A DNA stretch of 47,193 bases. It comes from an uncultured Spongiibacteraceae bacterium (GTDB taxonomy: Bacteria; Pseudomonadota; Gammaproteobacteria; Pseudomonadales; DT-91). Made by a program: the position numbers and the translations under genes. The notes beneath the pieces were generated by a model. It was not told the origin of the DNA and searched no databases. It saw nothing but the letters and a program-made list of their open reading frames with translations. Below are positions 27,185-35,879 of the stretch, in pieces. The stretch lies in NCBI GenBank assembly GCA_965368985.1, contig CBDUPD010000001.1, forward strand, positions 1 through 47,193, in the 5' to 3' direction. Every line of letters starts with the position of its first letter. Within the stretch, counting starts at the first letter, position 1.

Positions 27185-27350
27185 GTATAATACGTCCCTA
27201 TAGTCCATTTTTGGGTCATTTTGAGAGTTTCTCAATAGACCATCCAAATCGTCCAGTGGTGGCCGTTGCCACCTTGTTAGTGTATGGTACCAGTTTTTGT
27301 CGGGATAGTTAAAGGCTAAAACTGCCTGGTTGGGCATTTTGTGAGAATTA

Positions 27351-27674
27351 CTATGGTGCCGGCAAATTTCTCAGATAGACCATTAGCTCTCCAAGTCCCA
27401 GCATAATTGGAATTATGATCATTAAAATTTTCCACCAGTTCGCGGTTAACATTTCTGTCCAGCCTTTGTGGTACTTCTCATATTCATCCATTTTTAAAAA
27501 ACGCTCACTAAACTTGTCCTGAGTATTAGCCACTTTGTTAACATTTTCAGTGAGTAATTGAAGCTCAGATTTAACAATCTTAAATTCATATTCATTTTGA
27601 GTTTGCATCACACGAACGTCAGCAGAAAGTTGATCGATAAGCTCTTTTAAAACTGGATTATTGGGCTTATCCAT
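27351..27674 (-). CDS. Hypothetical coiled-coil protein with a C-terminal TM anchor
   Basis: 107 aa. Heptad-like middle and a C-terminal WWKILMIIIPIMLGLGELMVYL. AT-rich. Last gene before the cargo. Confidence 0.55.
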   Translation of the reverse strand: MDKPNNPVLKELIDQLSADVRVMQTQNEYEFKIVKSELQLLTENVNKVANTQDKFSERFLKMDEYEKYHKGWTEMLTANWWKILMIIIPIMLGLGELMVYLRNLPAP

Positions 27675-27683
27675 AACTCGTCC

Positions 27684-27986
27684 TTATGGAAGTGCTGTGG
27701 GAGTTACCCGATCAAATATCAAACCGTTAAAATTTGAATCTTGAATGTTTTGGGAAAATATCGTGTATTTTCGACTTAGCGATATGCCACTAAAATCAAA
27801 AGTCGATCCGATCGCCACATCAATGATCAAACGTGCTTGCTCATCGTAAAGCATCACTCTTCCAAGTGTATCAGTGCCGTTTTCTTTAACTGTTCCGCTG
27901 ATTTTACCTACGCCGGATGAAGGGACGTAATATGATCCTTTTTGTTGGATCACATCGCCCAACCCAATTGCGCCTAAATCTGCCAT
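27684..27986 (-). CDS. Hypothetical small beta-rich protein, fibre region
   Basis: 100 aa ORF tightly packed with its neighbours. No recognisable motif. Confidence 0.55.
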   Translation of the reverse strand: MADLGAIGLGDVIQQKGSYYVPSSGVGKISGTVKENGTDTLGRVMLYDEQARLIIDVAIGSTFDFSGISLSRKYTIFSQNIQDSNFNGLIFDRVTPTALP

Positions 27987-27987
27987 G

Positions 27988-28887
27988 TTATGATCTCCAT
28001 GTGTCTGAGGTTTCGATGATTGAGCGGCCTTGGTAGGTATCCAAAATTAAAAATGTTTTGCCAGCTAATGCACCGGTGCCAGAGAAGGTATCATTATGAT
28101 TACCGGGATTTTGATGTAATGGATTCCAAAGTCCTGGGTAATAGCCGCGATAATTTTTAATAGTGGAGCTGTCAGCTAAAATCACTCTATCCATCACTAA
28201 GTTGTTATCCGCTAAGTTGGGGTAATCAAAACCGCTGCTACCAAGGTAACTGCCATGCAGTTTTCCAATGGGTGCGGAGTTTACCGATTTCACCGTGCCA
28301 TCATAATTTCTTGAAATATAGTGGCCAGTAGTCGATGAAATGCTTGTCGTTAGATTGGCAAGTGCTTCAAAAGCACCACTAAAAGTTCCATTGTATCTAC
28401 CTGCAATCGCACATCTAAAAGCATCAGCAGCTACGTTTGAAACAATATCACCGAAAAAATTACCCGCAGCGTTCAAAGCCAAACTTGGATTGTGATGAAA
28501 GAAGTAAAAGGCGCGATCGTCTGCAATTAATACCCATTCACTGGATGCTGCAATTTTTAATGTATACATGCCGCCGGTGACCTGCGCATCCAATGGGAAA
28601 GGATCAACACCAGTGTCGACATCCGTCATGGATTCATAACCGATCCAACGTGATTCTGTTGTTGAGGTATCATCAATTCGTAAATAAAACCCACTGGCAG
28701 GTGCCGTAGTACTCATACGATAAGCGGCTTTGTTAGTGCCAGTAAAAGCTTTTGTCCAACCAGCGGCTGGTTGTGATCCATATCCGTTAACAAGACAAGC
28801 ATCCAAAATTGTGATTAAACTGCCTGCGATATCTGTATATAATGCGGGTGCACTGGCATCAGTGCTGCGGTAAACCGTCACTGCCAT
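27988..28887 (-). CDS. Fibre-region structural protein (unknown family)
   Basis: 299 aa. N-terminus VYRSTDASAPALYTDIAGSLITILDACLVNGYG. Position and packing suggest a tail-fibre or receptor-binding accessory. Confidence 0.55.
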   Translation of the reverse strand: MAVTVYRSTDASAPALYTDIAGSLITILDACLVNGYGSQPAAGWTKAFTGTNKAAYRMSTTAPASGFYLRIDDTSTTESRWIGYESMTDVDTGVDPFPLDAQVTGGMYTLKIAASSEWVLIADDRAFYFFHHNPSLALNAAGNFFGDIVSNVAADAFRCAIAGRYNGTFSGAFEALANLTTSISSTTGHYISRNYDGTVKSVNSAPIGKLHGSYLGSSGFDYPNLADNNLVMDRVILADSSTIKNYRGYYPGLWNPLHQNPGNHNDTFSGTGALAGKTFLILDTYQGRSIIETSDTWRS

Positions 28888-28898
28888 GATTGTTTCTC

Positions 28899-29315
28899 CT
28901 AGTTGAAATTAAAGTTAATTGTCCCACCCAGTGGTGGCGTGTAGTTGCTTTCAGTGAAATTAAACGCATCAATTTCTGAGTTTGTTTCACATGGGCTTTC
29001 AGTAAAGTTAAAGGCCATCGCACTCCCGATAGGTGGGATGTAAGTGTTGTCGACAAAGTTAAATTCACCAACAACGGGCGGCACACAAGGTGTCTCACCA
29101 ATAAAATCAAACGCAATCAAGTTACCCGCAGGCGGGATATAGGTATTGTCTATAAAATTAAATTGGCCTGGCACAGGTGGTGGTGTTGGCGCTGAAATAA
29201 ATTCAATGCCAACGATCCCAATGGGCGCAACATAAGTATTATCCGTGAAATTAAATAAAAATAGTTGCGTCCCTGAGCGACCACTTGCAATTTGTAAGCA
29301 CTTAAATCCAATCAT
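28899..29315 (-). CDS. Repeat protein with four ~33-aa FNFxDNTYxPPxG units
   Basis: 138 aa. Contains FNFTDNTYVAPIG, FNFIDNTYIPPAG, FNFVDNTYIPPIG and FNFTESNYTPPLG. ATGA-coupled to the upstream gene. Confidence 0.6.
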   Translation of the reverse strand: MIGFKCLQIASGRSGTQLFLFNFTDNTYVAPIGIVGIEFISAPTPPPVPGQFNFIDNTYIPPAGNLIAFDFIGETPCVPPVVGEFNFVDNTYIPPIGSAMAFNFTESPCETNSEIDAFNFTESNYTPPLGGTINFNFN

Positions 29316-30151
29316 GAGAAATCTAATCCAACCACACCCAGACGATAGCTTGTACCACCATCGCGCGTATACAATACGAAGACATCTAATTCATTGGCTC
29401 CTGCTGACAGTGTGGGCGCTGTGCCACCTGCAAATTGCACCGAAGCTGGCCATGTGACAGTACGACTGCCTGTAACATCTTGTTGCAATTCCAGTGTGAG
29501 CGATCCTACCTTGCCAGATGTAGGCGGATTACTAATCGTGAAGGTCACGTTATCTGCCAAAACACCATACTGGAAATTCCCATTTTCATAATCAATATCT
29601 ACAGTGGCCGTCATGTTGCCAAGATTGTTGGTTTCTTCGGCATAGTCTTTGATGGCTGGCTTGGTGAGGGTGTTGTCATCCATGTCCAAGTTACCACCGG
29701 CTATGACATTGCCTGAATCGTCTTCTGCCCATGTCCCATTTTGTAATTGCTTACCCGTGGTCCCGTCAAAACGTACCCAAGCGTTATCGGTTGATGTGCC
29801 GGGGCCTGTGACATCACCGGCGGCATCTAAATCCCAGGTGCTACCATTGAATCGATAGAGTGCAGTTTCATCACGAACATACACGTTCCAATCGGTCTTC
29901 GGTGTAATAAATTCCCACGCGCTACTAACTGCATAAGCTAGCTTATTATCCTGGCCCAACCAATCACCTGTAGCGCTTGTTGCTACGATGTAGAGTTTTC
30001 CATCGACAAGTGCAGGTGGCGTGGTGAGATCTTTATCTTCGACAATGGCTTGCAGCAAGACATCGATATCACGTAACGCGGCATTGTGCGTTAAGTATTT
30101 CGATGCCTGATTTTCAGCAATTTCATCGAGGCCGACATTGGGTGTCGTCAT
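29312..30151 (-). CDS. DUF2793-like tail fibre/spike protein
   Basis: 279 aa. The N-terminal ENQASKYLTHNAALRDIDVLLQ matches the Q..K.vTHNEAL..LD motif of DUF2793 proteins that follow GTA-type host-specificity genes. Confidence 0.6.
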   Translation of the reverse strand: MTTPNVGLDEIAENQASKYLTHNAALRDIDVLLQAIVEDKDLTTPPALVDGKLYIVATSATGDWLGQDNKLAYAVSSAWEFITPKTDWNVYVRDETALYRFNGSTWDLDAAGDVTGPGTSTDNAWVRFDGTTGKQLQNGTWAEDDSGNVIAGGNLDMDDNTLTKPAIKDYAEETNNLGNMTATVDIDYENGNFQYGVLADNVTFTISNPPTSGKVGSLTLELQQDVTGSRTVTWPASVQFAGGTAPTLSAGANELDVFVLYTRDGGTSYRLGVVGLDFS

Positions 30152-30163
30152 AAGATTGCCCCA

Positions 30164-30517
30164 TTACAATGATTTATGCTGAGTCGCTGCGACGGTGACA
30201 CTGGTAACATCACTGTAAGTGACTTGAACTTGACCGCCACCACCTAAAAATGCGCGTGAACGCGTATCTAAAATAGCGGTGCCGCCTGCCGCAACAGAAT
30301 GTTGTATGCTAGCTTTACTGAGTTCACCGATACCTTGTTGCGTATAATTCGAGATAGCCGGTGCAATCGTTACATCAATGGAACTTGCGCCACTATTGAC
30401 GACATGAAATAAACTATTGCCAGACCAAGCGAAGGTATCGCCTCCCGCTGCTGCGGCAGTGTAGACAATATCTGTGCCGTTGCCTTCGTTGAGTGCTATG
30501 ACTGTTAATTGTGCCAT
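30164..30517 (-). CDS. Hypothetical small structural protein
   Basis: 117 aa, Ala/Gly/Ser/Thr-rich, with an RBS. Lies between the host-specificity and DUF2793 genes. Confidence 0.55.
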   Translation of the reverse strand: MAQLTVIALNEGNGTDIVYTAAAAGGDTFAWSGNSLFHVVNSGASSIDVTIAPAISNYTQQGIGELSKASIQHSVAAGGTAILDTRSRAFLGGGGQVQVTYSDVTSVTVAATQHKSL

Positions 30518-30529
30518 GAGTATTTCTCC

Positions 30530-33500
30530 TTATAGAGTTGCTGTTGCTTTAAGTCCCCGTCCGACAGTTGCGGACAGTTGGTAAACTTCGACATCAACCG
30601 GATCGCCAGGGGTTAATCCATCACTGGTTTGTTCAGCAGCCGTATAACTGGCTGTTTGACTGGTGATGCTGATTGTCCTAACGACGGTTGCGCCATTTAA
30701 AATATCGACTTCGTAACTTTCAGTGTCTTCTGAAACAGGGACACCCACGCTATCGCGCCATTCGCCGCCGAGTCGATTACGTCGAATCCAAATAATGGTG
30801 AGATTGTTTGCTCCATCTCGTCTGCCTTTGGTGTGAACAGGTGAATAAGGCTTTAATCCCACCGCTGTATTAGTGAAATTCTTTGGCCTGGTTGATTCAG
30901 GGGTTGCACCAAGCGTCACTGCTTTATAAACTCGTGGCACACCGATGGCATCCACGTCTTGAATCACACGCTGAATCGTTTCTTCTGTAATGAGTGTAAA
31001 TTCTTCAATAGCAATATGTGTTGCAATATGTTGCTCCGTGCCTCTCCTACCACGCACTAAATACGATAAAGTGTAGGTGCCATCAGCTTCTAAAACCGCA
31101 TCGCGGAATTGAAATATTTCTTTACCCAGCAAAGCTAAATTACCACCGCTGAGCAATTGATCGTCGGTGATACTCGATAACTGTCCTTGGAAAATTTGCA
31201 CATTCACTGAGTTACCACGATCAATGACTGTAGATAATCCATCTCCTAGTGAATTCGAGCTCACGCCAATAATAGACGCAAGCGAAAACACTTTGATTTG
31301 ATTAAATGCCGCACCATCGGCAGACTGTAAAACGCTACTGCCTGGCCAACTATCGTAATAACCACTGGCGGCGACGTAATAACCTGCTTCATTATCCACC
31401 CCCCGTAATATGGGAATGTCCATTAAACGCAGTGCTGTTGGCCCAGTAGGACCGACATTCTGACCTTCAATATCTATGGCACCACCAATGGCATCTGAAG
31501 CATAGACAGCCGCATCTTCTGATACACTGGTTAATTGCAGTACGCCAGGGCCACCAAATTCAACAGAGGTGAGGCGTGTAATGAATTGTGCGCCTCCCTT
31601 ATCCAGGGTGATCACATCTCCAGGCTCTAAGTAGAGGTATTCTAATCCAACATTCGACGAGTGTGTTTCTCGCCCTTGCCAGGTACCAAATAACCACGCG
31701 TCAGCGATCTTTGCTGCTTCATCATCAGTTAAGACGATCGGCAATTCGACAGAGGTTTCGCTGACTGAATCCGTGTTAATTTTCGCCGCATATTGCAAAC
31801 CAATTTGGTAGTCCGCATTCACATTAATGTAGGAAATATTAACGCGCTTTGGTAATTCTAATTCTTGTTGCCGACTAATCGTTACGATGTCAGGCAAGTT
31901 ATCTTCACCTTCGCCATGTACTGCTAAATTATCTTTATCGACTGTAAGCAGTGGGGTATTGCCTCGTGGCATAAACTTAATTTGGTTTGCCGATTCCACC
32001 GCATCGAAAAAGTAAGCGCTCATTAATTGCTGCAATGCAGCGCGTATCGTAGACTGGCTGCTAACGGTATACCCTTTAATGGTACCGGTTAGCAGAGAAA
32101 CATTAATGTCACTTGCGGTCAAATTACTTAATACACACAGCTCGGAAACCACCTGTGCTAACGGTGGCTCGTCCGATGCCGGTATTGGATGGCGAGTAAA
32201 CACTTCGATATTGAATCGATTAGTTACCCACATCACACCGCTATCGGCTAAAAGCGTTGGTTTTGAAAAACCATTTAATTCTGTATTACTGGAAAAAATG
32301 TTTGTAACACCACCAGTTTCTACGCGATAGCAATCAATAGGTTTATTACCAGCCCCATAGGCAACCCAAACATGTTTATAATCATTTTCTAAGGTACCAG
32401 CATAAAAACCATTAGATCCAATGCCGGCGCGACTGCCAACACCCAAGCCATTAACATATCCGTCTTTGAAACCGGCTGCATTACCACTGGCTTCAATAAC
32501 CACACCTTCACCGCTGATATAAATTAAATACCAATCTTCAGGGTAGGTAGTTGCACCAAAAGGATTGTTACCACTGCCGGTGACAATCATCGCACGACGT
32601 TGATCTTCTGAAATCAACAAGCCATATAAAAAATGGTTGGGGTTTAAGCCTATATCCAGAAGATTAACCACTTTAATCGACTGATAGGATGTGGCGAAAT
32701 TAAACCCATCAGGGTATGCCCAAATTTCCGGCGGTGGTCCATCTCCATGGAGTGGATGTGTGCCGCCAAAAGGGTAAAAGCCACTGCCTTCAAAATTTAA
32801 TAAATAGCCGTTTAATCTGCCACACGATGAGGATTTGTTATCACCATACGCATCAATCGTCCCATCACGGGTGTCATTACCCATGAAATAACCATCAGTG
32901 TTTATTAATCGTATTTGCCCGGTGTTAATATTTAAAATTCGTGAGACACCTTGCTCATTGACTGTTATCAGGTGTGCATCATCACCGCTGGATGAGCCAC
33001 CATAGAAATAACCCTCATTAATTACCGGGAATTTTTTGCCGTTTTGTAATGATCCTGATTTTAAAACTTCTACAGTGACATTCGGTATACGGTTACCAAA
33101 GTCATCCAGCTGTAAATCTTCAAATACGATGTAGGCAAGTCCGCGATAAGCAGGGACGTTGCCAATACCTTTGTTAGCTTCAAGAGCTGGATCAGCACCT
33201 TGGGTTTCATCCCCTAAATAAAAGCGTATCGCTTGTGCGCGCGCATTGCTGGCAAATACCCCACTGGGTGCAGCAGTTGGTGAGGCATCATAAAATAATT
33301 TGCCATTCATCCAAATGCGGCCAATGCCGCTGATGGGGCCTCGACAAATGGCAATGGCAACGCTTGCCGTATAAGTATACGTCGTTTGCGTTTGGGTGCT
33401 ACCACCACCACCTTTACCTCCTCCACCGCTGGAAACTTCTTCGCGGTGCACATGCTCTTTAATTGGTGGTGCCCAAATGATATTCCCGGCTAAGCGATTA

Positions 33501-33712
33501 CGCCCAAACTGCAAAGGGATGTATTCACCATAGGCGGACGACTGGACCTCTAAATCACCGAGCCGTGGACCTTCAACATCGGGTAGTTGTTGTGATTTGT
33601 TTGGCTCAAAGGCCGCGCCAACGGCCGAGCCAATGGTAAACCCTAATCCTGGAAATCCAAACGCGGCCCCGACGACGCCACCTGCGACGCCCAGTAATAA
33701 TCGCGTTGACAT
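30530..33712 (-). CDS. Host-specificity/central tail protein (GTA gp15-like, lambda J analogue)
   Basis: 1060 aa. N-terminal glycine-zipper segment, then GPRLGDLEVQSSAYGEYIPLQFGRNRLAGNIIWAPP and GGGGKGGGGSTQTQTTYTY, characteristic of GTA ORFG15-type tail proteins. Confidence 0.8.
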   Translation of the reverse strand: MSTRLLLGVAGGVVGAAFGFPGLGFTIGSAVGAAFEPNKSQQLPDVEGPRLGDLEVQSSAYGEYIPLQFGRNRLAGNIIWAPPIKEHVHREEVSSGGGGKGGGGSTQTQTTYTYTASVAIAICRGPISGIGRIWMNGKLFYDASPTAAPSGVFASNARAQAIRFYLGDETQGADPALEANKGIGNVPAYRGLAYIVFEDLQLDDFGNRIPNVTVEVLKSGSLQNGKKFPVINEGYFYGGSSSGDDAHLITVNEQGVSRILNINTGQIRLINTDGYFMGNDTRDGTIDAYGDNKSSSCGRLNGYLLNFEGSGFYPFGGTHPLHGDGPPPEIWAYPDGFNFATSYQSIKVVNLLDIGLNPNHFLYGLLISEDQRRAMIVTGSGNNPFGATTYPEDWYLIYISGEGVVIEASGNAAGFKDGYVNGLGVGSRAGIGSNGFYAGTLENDYKHVWVAYGAGNKPIDCYRVETGGVTNIFSSNTELNGFSKPTLLADSGVMWVTNRFNIEVFTRHPIPASDEPPLAQVVSELCVLSNLTASDINVSLLTGTIKGYTVSSQSTIRAALQQLMSAYFFDAVESANQIKFMPRGNTPLLTVDKDNLAVHGEGEDNLPDIVTISRQQELELPKRVNISYINVNADYQIGLQYAAKINTDSVSETSVELPIVLTDDEAAKIADAWLFGTWQGRETHSSNVGLEYLYLEPGDVITLDKGGAQFITRLTSVEFGGPGVLQLTSVSEDAAVYASDAIGGAIDIEGQNVGPTGPTALRLMDIPILRGVDNEAGYYVAASGYYDSWPGSSVLQSADGAAFNQIKVFSLASIIGVSSNSLGDGLSTVIDRGNSVNVQIFQGQLSSITDDQLLSGGNLALLGKEIFQFRDAVLEADGTYTLSYLVRGRRGTEQHIATHIAIEEFTLITEETIQRVIQDVDAIGVPRVYKAVTLGATPESTRPKNFTNTAVGLKPYSPVHTKGRRDGANNLTIIWIRRNRLGGEWRDSVGVPVSEDTESYEVDILNGATVVRTISITSQTASYTAAEQTSDGLTPGDPVDVEVYQLSATVGRGLKATATL

Positions 33713-33715
33713 GTT

Positions 33716-34168
33716 TTATACTCCAGGATATCGATAAGCTGCTCTTACTAAGTCCCATAATCGGGGTGATAATCGTGTTTCAAGCACGCTTTCTGCTTTT
33801 GCACAAGCATGAACAATCGTGTGATCAAAGGTCATGATGGCGGCATGTTGTGGATCTTTGGCAATCCGCATCACAACAATATCGCCTGGCATGGCCTCTT
33901 GAATGGGAATTTTGATCGTGTATTTACCAAACTCATTCAGCAGATCATCTTCACGCGGTGAACGATTATAATTTTTGTAATCAAATTTACTCTCGCCTAA
34001 AAATTTAAAGGCGTTGCCGACTTCAATGATCAAGCCCAGACAATCGACACCTCCTTTAAATTTCTCATTCTTTTTAACACGGCCTTGGTGTTGCCACGGC
34101 GTGCCGATCCATGACTTAGCTTCACAAACAATCGCTTGTCGTTTTTTATGAATATCCATGCCGTTCAT
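33716..34168 (-). CDS. NlpC/P60-family phage cell-wall peptidase (lambda K analogue)
   Basis: 150 aa. WIGTPWQHQGR...GGVDCLGLI (catalytic Cys) and DPQHAAIM...IVHA (His). Confidence 0.85.
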   Translation of the reverse strand: MNGMDIHKKRQAIVCEAKSWIGTPWQHQGRVKKNEKFKGGVDCLGLIIEVGNAFKFLGESKFDYKNYNRSPREDDLLNEFGKYTIKIPIQEAMPGDIVVMRIAKDPQHAAIMTFDHTIVHACAKAESVLETRLSPRLWDLVRAAYRYPGV

Positions 34169-35019
34169 CGTTGCCCACCAAATTGTAGTATCTGATCGCG
34201 GCCAGGCACATGTGGCTCGCCACGAAAATTGACGACGTTATTAAAAATATTTTTACAGGTTGCTAAGGTTTTATCGCAACCACGATAGACACTATAAGTA
34301 TCACCGACTTGTATCGGTTTAGGCATTGCCTGATACAAGGTGAATTCACCGTTTGCACCATTAAAATCTTTGACTTCCATTTTTAATTGATTGTTATTGC
34401 CGCTTGTCCATGTCAGCAATCCGCCATTAAAATGATCATTGGCCTCAGTGCGGCTACTATCGGCAAATTGTTTATTGCTGGTTAGTGATGTTAATGATCC
34501 TGTTACGGTGAATGCGGCAAGATTGACTTTACATTCGCTATCACCTAAATCAGCACGGCAAGTAGGTGAGTATTGCTCTAATACACCTTGTTGCAGTGCT
34601 TGTGCTAATCCTCTAATTTCAGCGTTGGCTTGTCCGCGATTAATCGTAATTTCACCAATCGTGCCACGTATCATGGGAATGCTCCCCATCGTTAAATCAT
34701 TATAATTCACGAGGAAAACTTCAATATCTGCAAAATCATACAAGCCACCGATTAAGTCTGCTTCTTCGGTGCCATCAAAATCTAATAAAAAATCTACATC
34801 GAAATTATCAACGGCTAAATCACTGGACTGGCGGATAGCTGTTGGACTAAATCCACTACGGGCTTTATAAGTGAGACCAGCAAAATCAATATCTGTTAAG
34901 TGCTCAGTAAACCCTGTGACTGTCCCCGGTGCGCGAGGCGTTATCTTCCAACACATGACCAGCGTCATCGCACCACTGTCTAAGTGTGCTTGCATATTGG
35001 GATCAAGTGATTTAGCCAT
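34165..35019 (-). CDS. Distal tail protein, DUF2163 with BR0599-type C-terminus (GTA gp13-like)
   Basis: 284 aa. The C-terminal CDKTLATCKNIFNNVVNFRGEPHVPG matches the conserved BR0599 motif. Confidence 0.75.
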   Translation of the reverse strand: MAKSLDPNMQAHLDSGAMTLVMCWKITPRAPGTVTGFTEHLTDIDFAGLTYKARSGFSPTAIRQSSDLAVDNFDVDFLLDFDGTEEADLIGGLYDFADIEVFLVNYNDLTMGSIPMIRGTIGEITINRGQANAEIRGLAQALQQGVLEQYSPTCRADLGDSECKVNLAAFTVTGSLTSLTSNKQFADSSRTEANDHFNGGLLTWTSGNNNQLKMEVKDFNGANGEFTLYQAMPKPIQVGDTYSVYRGCDKTLATCKNIFNNVVNFRGEPHVPGRDQILQFGGQR

Positions 35020-35879
35020 TAAACCCGCACCTCAATTAACGGAAGCGATTGCACTGTGCGAGTGTTGGGACTATCAATAGAAATCGGTAATTTGTCATCA
35101 ACAAATCGCACTGGCACATCAAATTCATAACCTGCAGTAACGTTCTCACCTGTTTCAGGGAGACTATTAAATTGCCCTCCTGAAATATAGGCCCCAAAAC
35201 TTGTGCTATCAACATCAATGGTGATTGTCGTTGATGTGCGCGAGAGAATGTTATATCGATTGCCATTAAGTTGGGTCATGCCCACAATTCCTGAAATATG
35301 AATGCTGGTTGCCGTTGATAAGGTATTATTGGCGGTTAATACACACGGGTTAGCATTGGTTGCCCCTGTGATCACGTCACTGTCTCCTGTATTAAAGGTG
35401 AGTGCGCCCGTCGTGGTATTCACTGAAAACTGTGTTGGTACGATTTGCACGCCGCTGATAGCAACAATCACTGTCCCAGCAACTGGTTTTCGAATGGACC
35501 TAATTGTGGTAAATGTCCCTTGGTTATATTGCTTGAGCAATTGATATGTCGCATTAACACCATCCACATCACCTTGCATCGGCTGATCTAGCGCTGAAAT
35601 GCTGCTGTCTATCGGCACCGATTTAAAATCTGAAAAATCTTTAAATCGAAATTGATGAAAGCGGCCCTTCATTGCATGATAAAAATCTAACAGCGATTCA
35701 ATGGTTGCTTGATCCTTCACTGCATAAACAACATCGTATTCATGTCGACCCTCAGGCCAAACAGAGTTGGCATTTTCAAAGCCGGAATTTTTCACAACAA
35801 TATGTGTTTTATACATTGGCCCACCCACGACAGAATAATTGATATCTGTTGGAAAGCGGGGCGATTCCATAAAGGACAT
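35019..35879 (-). CDS. Distal tail protein, DUF2460 (GTA gp12-like) with an inserted small beta domain
   Basis: 286 aa. N-terminus ESPRFPTDINYSVVGGPMYKTHIV...SGFE. The inserted segment ATNANPCVLTA...ISGIVGMTQLNGNRYNI...YISGGQF resembles an SH3/FCCH-like phage module. Confidence 0.7.
   Translation of the reverse strand: MSFMESPRFPTDINYSVVGGPMYKTHIVVKNSGFENANSVWPEGRHEYDVVYAVKDQATIESLLDFYHAMKGRFHQFRFKDFSDFKSVPIDSSISALDQPMQGDVDGVNATYQLLKQYNQGTFTTIRSIRKPVAGTVIVAISGVQIVPTQFSVNTTTGALTFNTGDSDVITGATNANPCVLTANNTLSTATSIHISGIVGMTQLNGNRYNILSRTSTTITIDVDSTSFGAYISGGQFNSLPETGENVTAGYEFDVPVRFVDDKLPISIDSPNTRTVQSLPLIEVRV

Larger units (their letters stand above)
9903..27337. other. Heavy-metal resistance cargo block (12 genes) between attP and the tail-fibre module
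   Basis: Contiguous genes for a methyltransferase, a permease, a cupredoxin, CopA, a MerR regulator, CusCBA-like proteins, a DUF2231 protein and CzcCBA-like proteins. No phage-type genes lie within. By eye it looks more AT-rich than the head/tail genes (not computed). Confidence 0.8.

Noticed and set aside
25913-27337. Full 474-aa version of the CzcC-like ORF starting at 27337
   Set aside because: The first 51 codons have no SD, are not signal-peptide-like, and precede a classic signal peptide at Met52. I preferred the start at 27184, though this remains uncertain.
9903-27337. IS element, transposon ends or an extra recombinase bounding the metal-resistance block
   Set aside because: No transposase- or recombinase-like ORF appears in the six-frame track. 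I saw no terminal inverted repeats or target duplications at either junction by eye, though a computational repeat search was not possible.
9288-27350. Cargo acquired as a lambda-gal-type specialised transducing segment by aberrant excision at this att site
   Set aside because: That model predicts a hybrid attL with an intact host tRNA 5' half on the cargo side and arm sites only on the int side. Here the tRNA is truncated and the TCCCGCAAG motif also occurs on the cargo side (9522-9530). An older event followed by rearrangement cannot be excluded.
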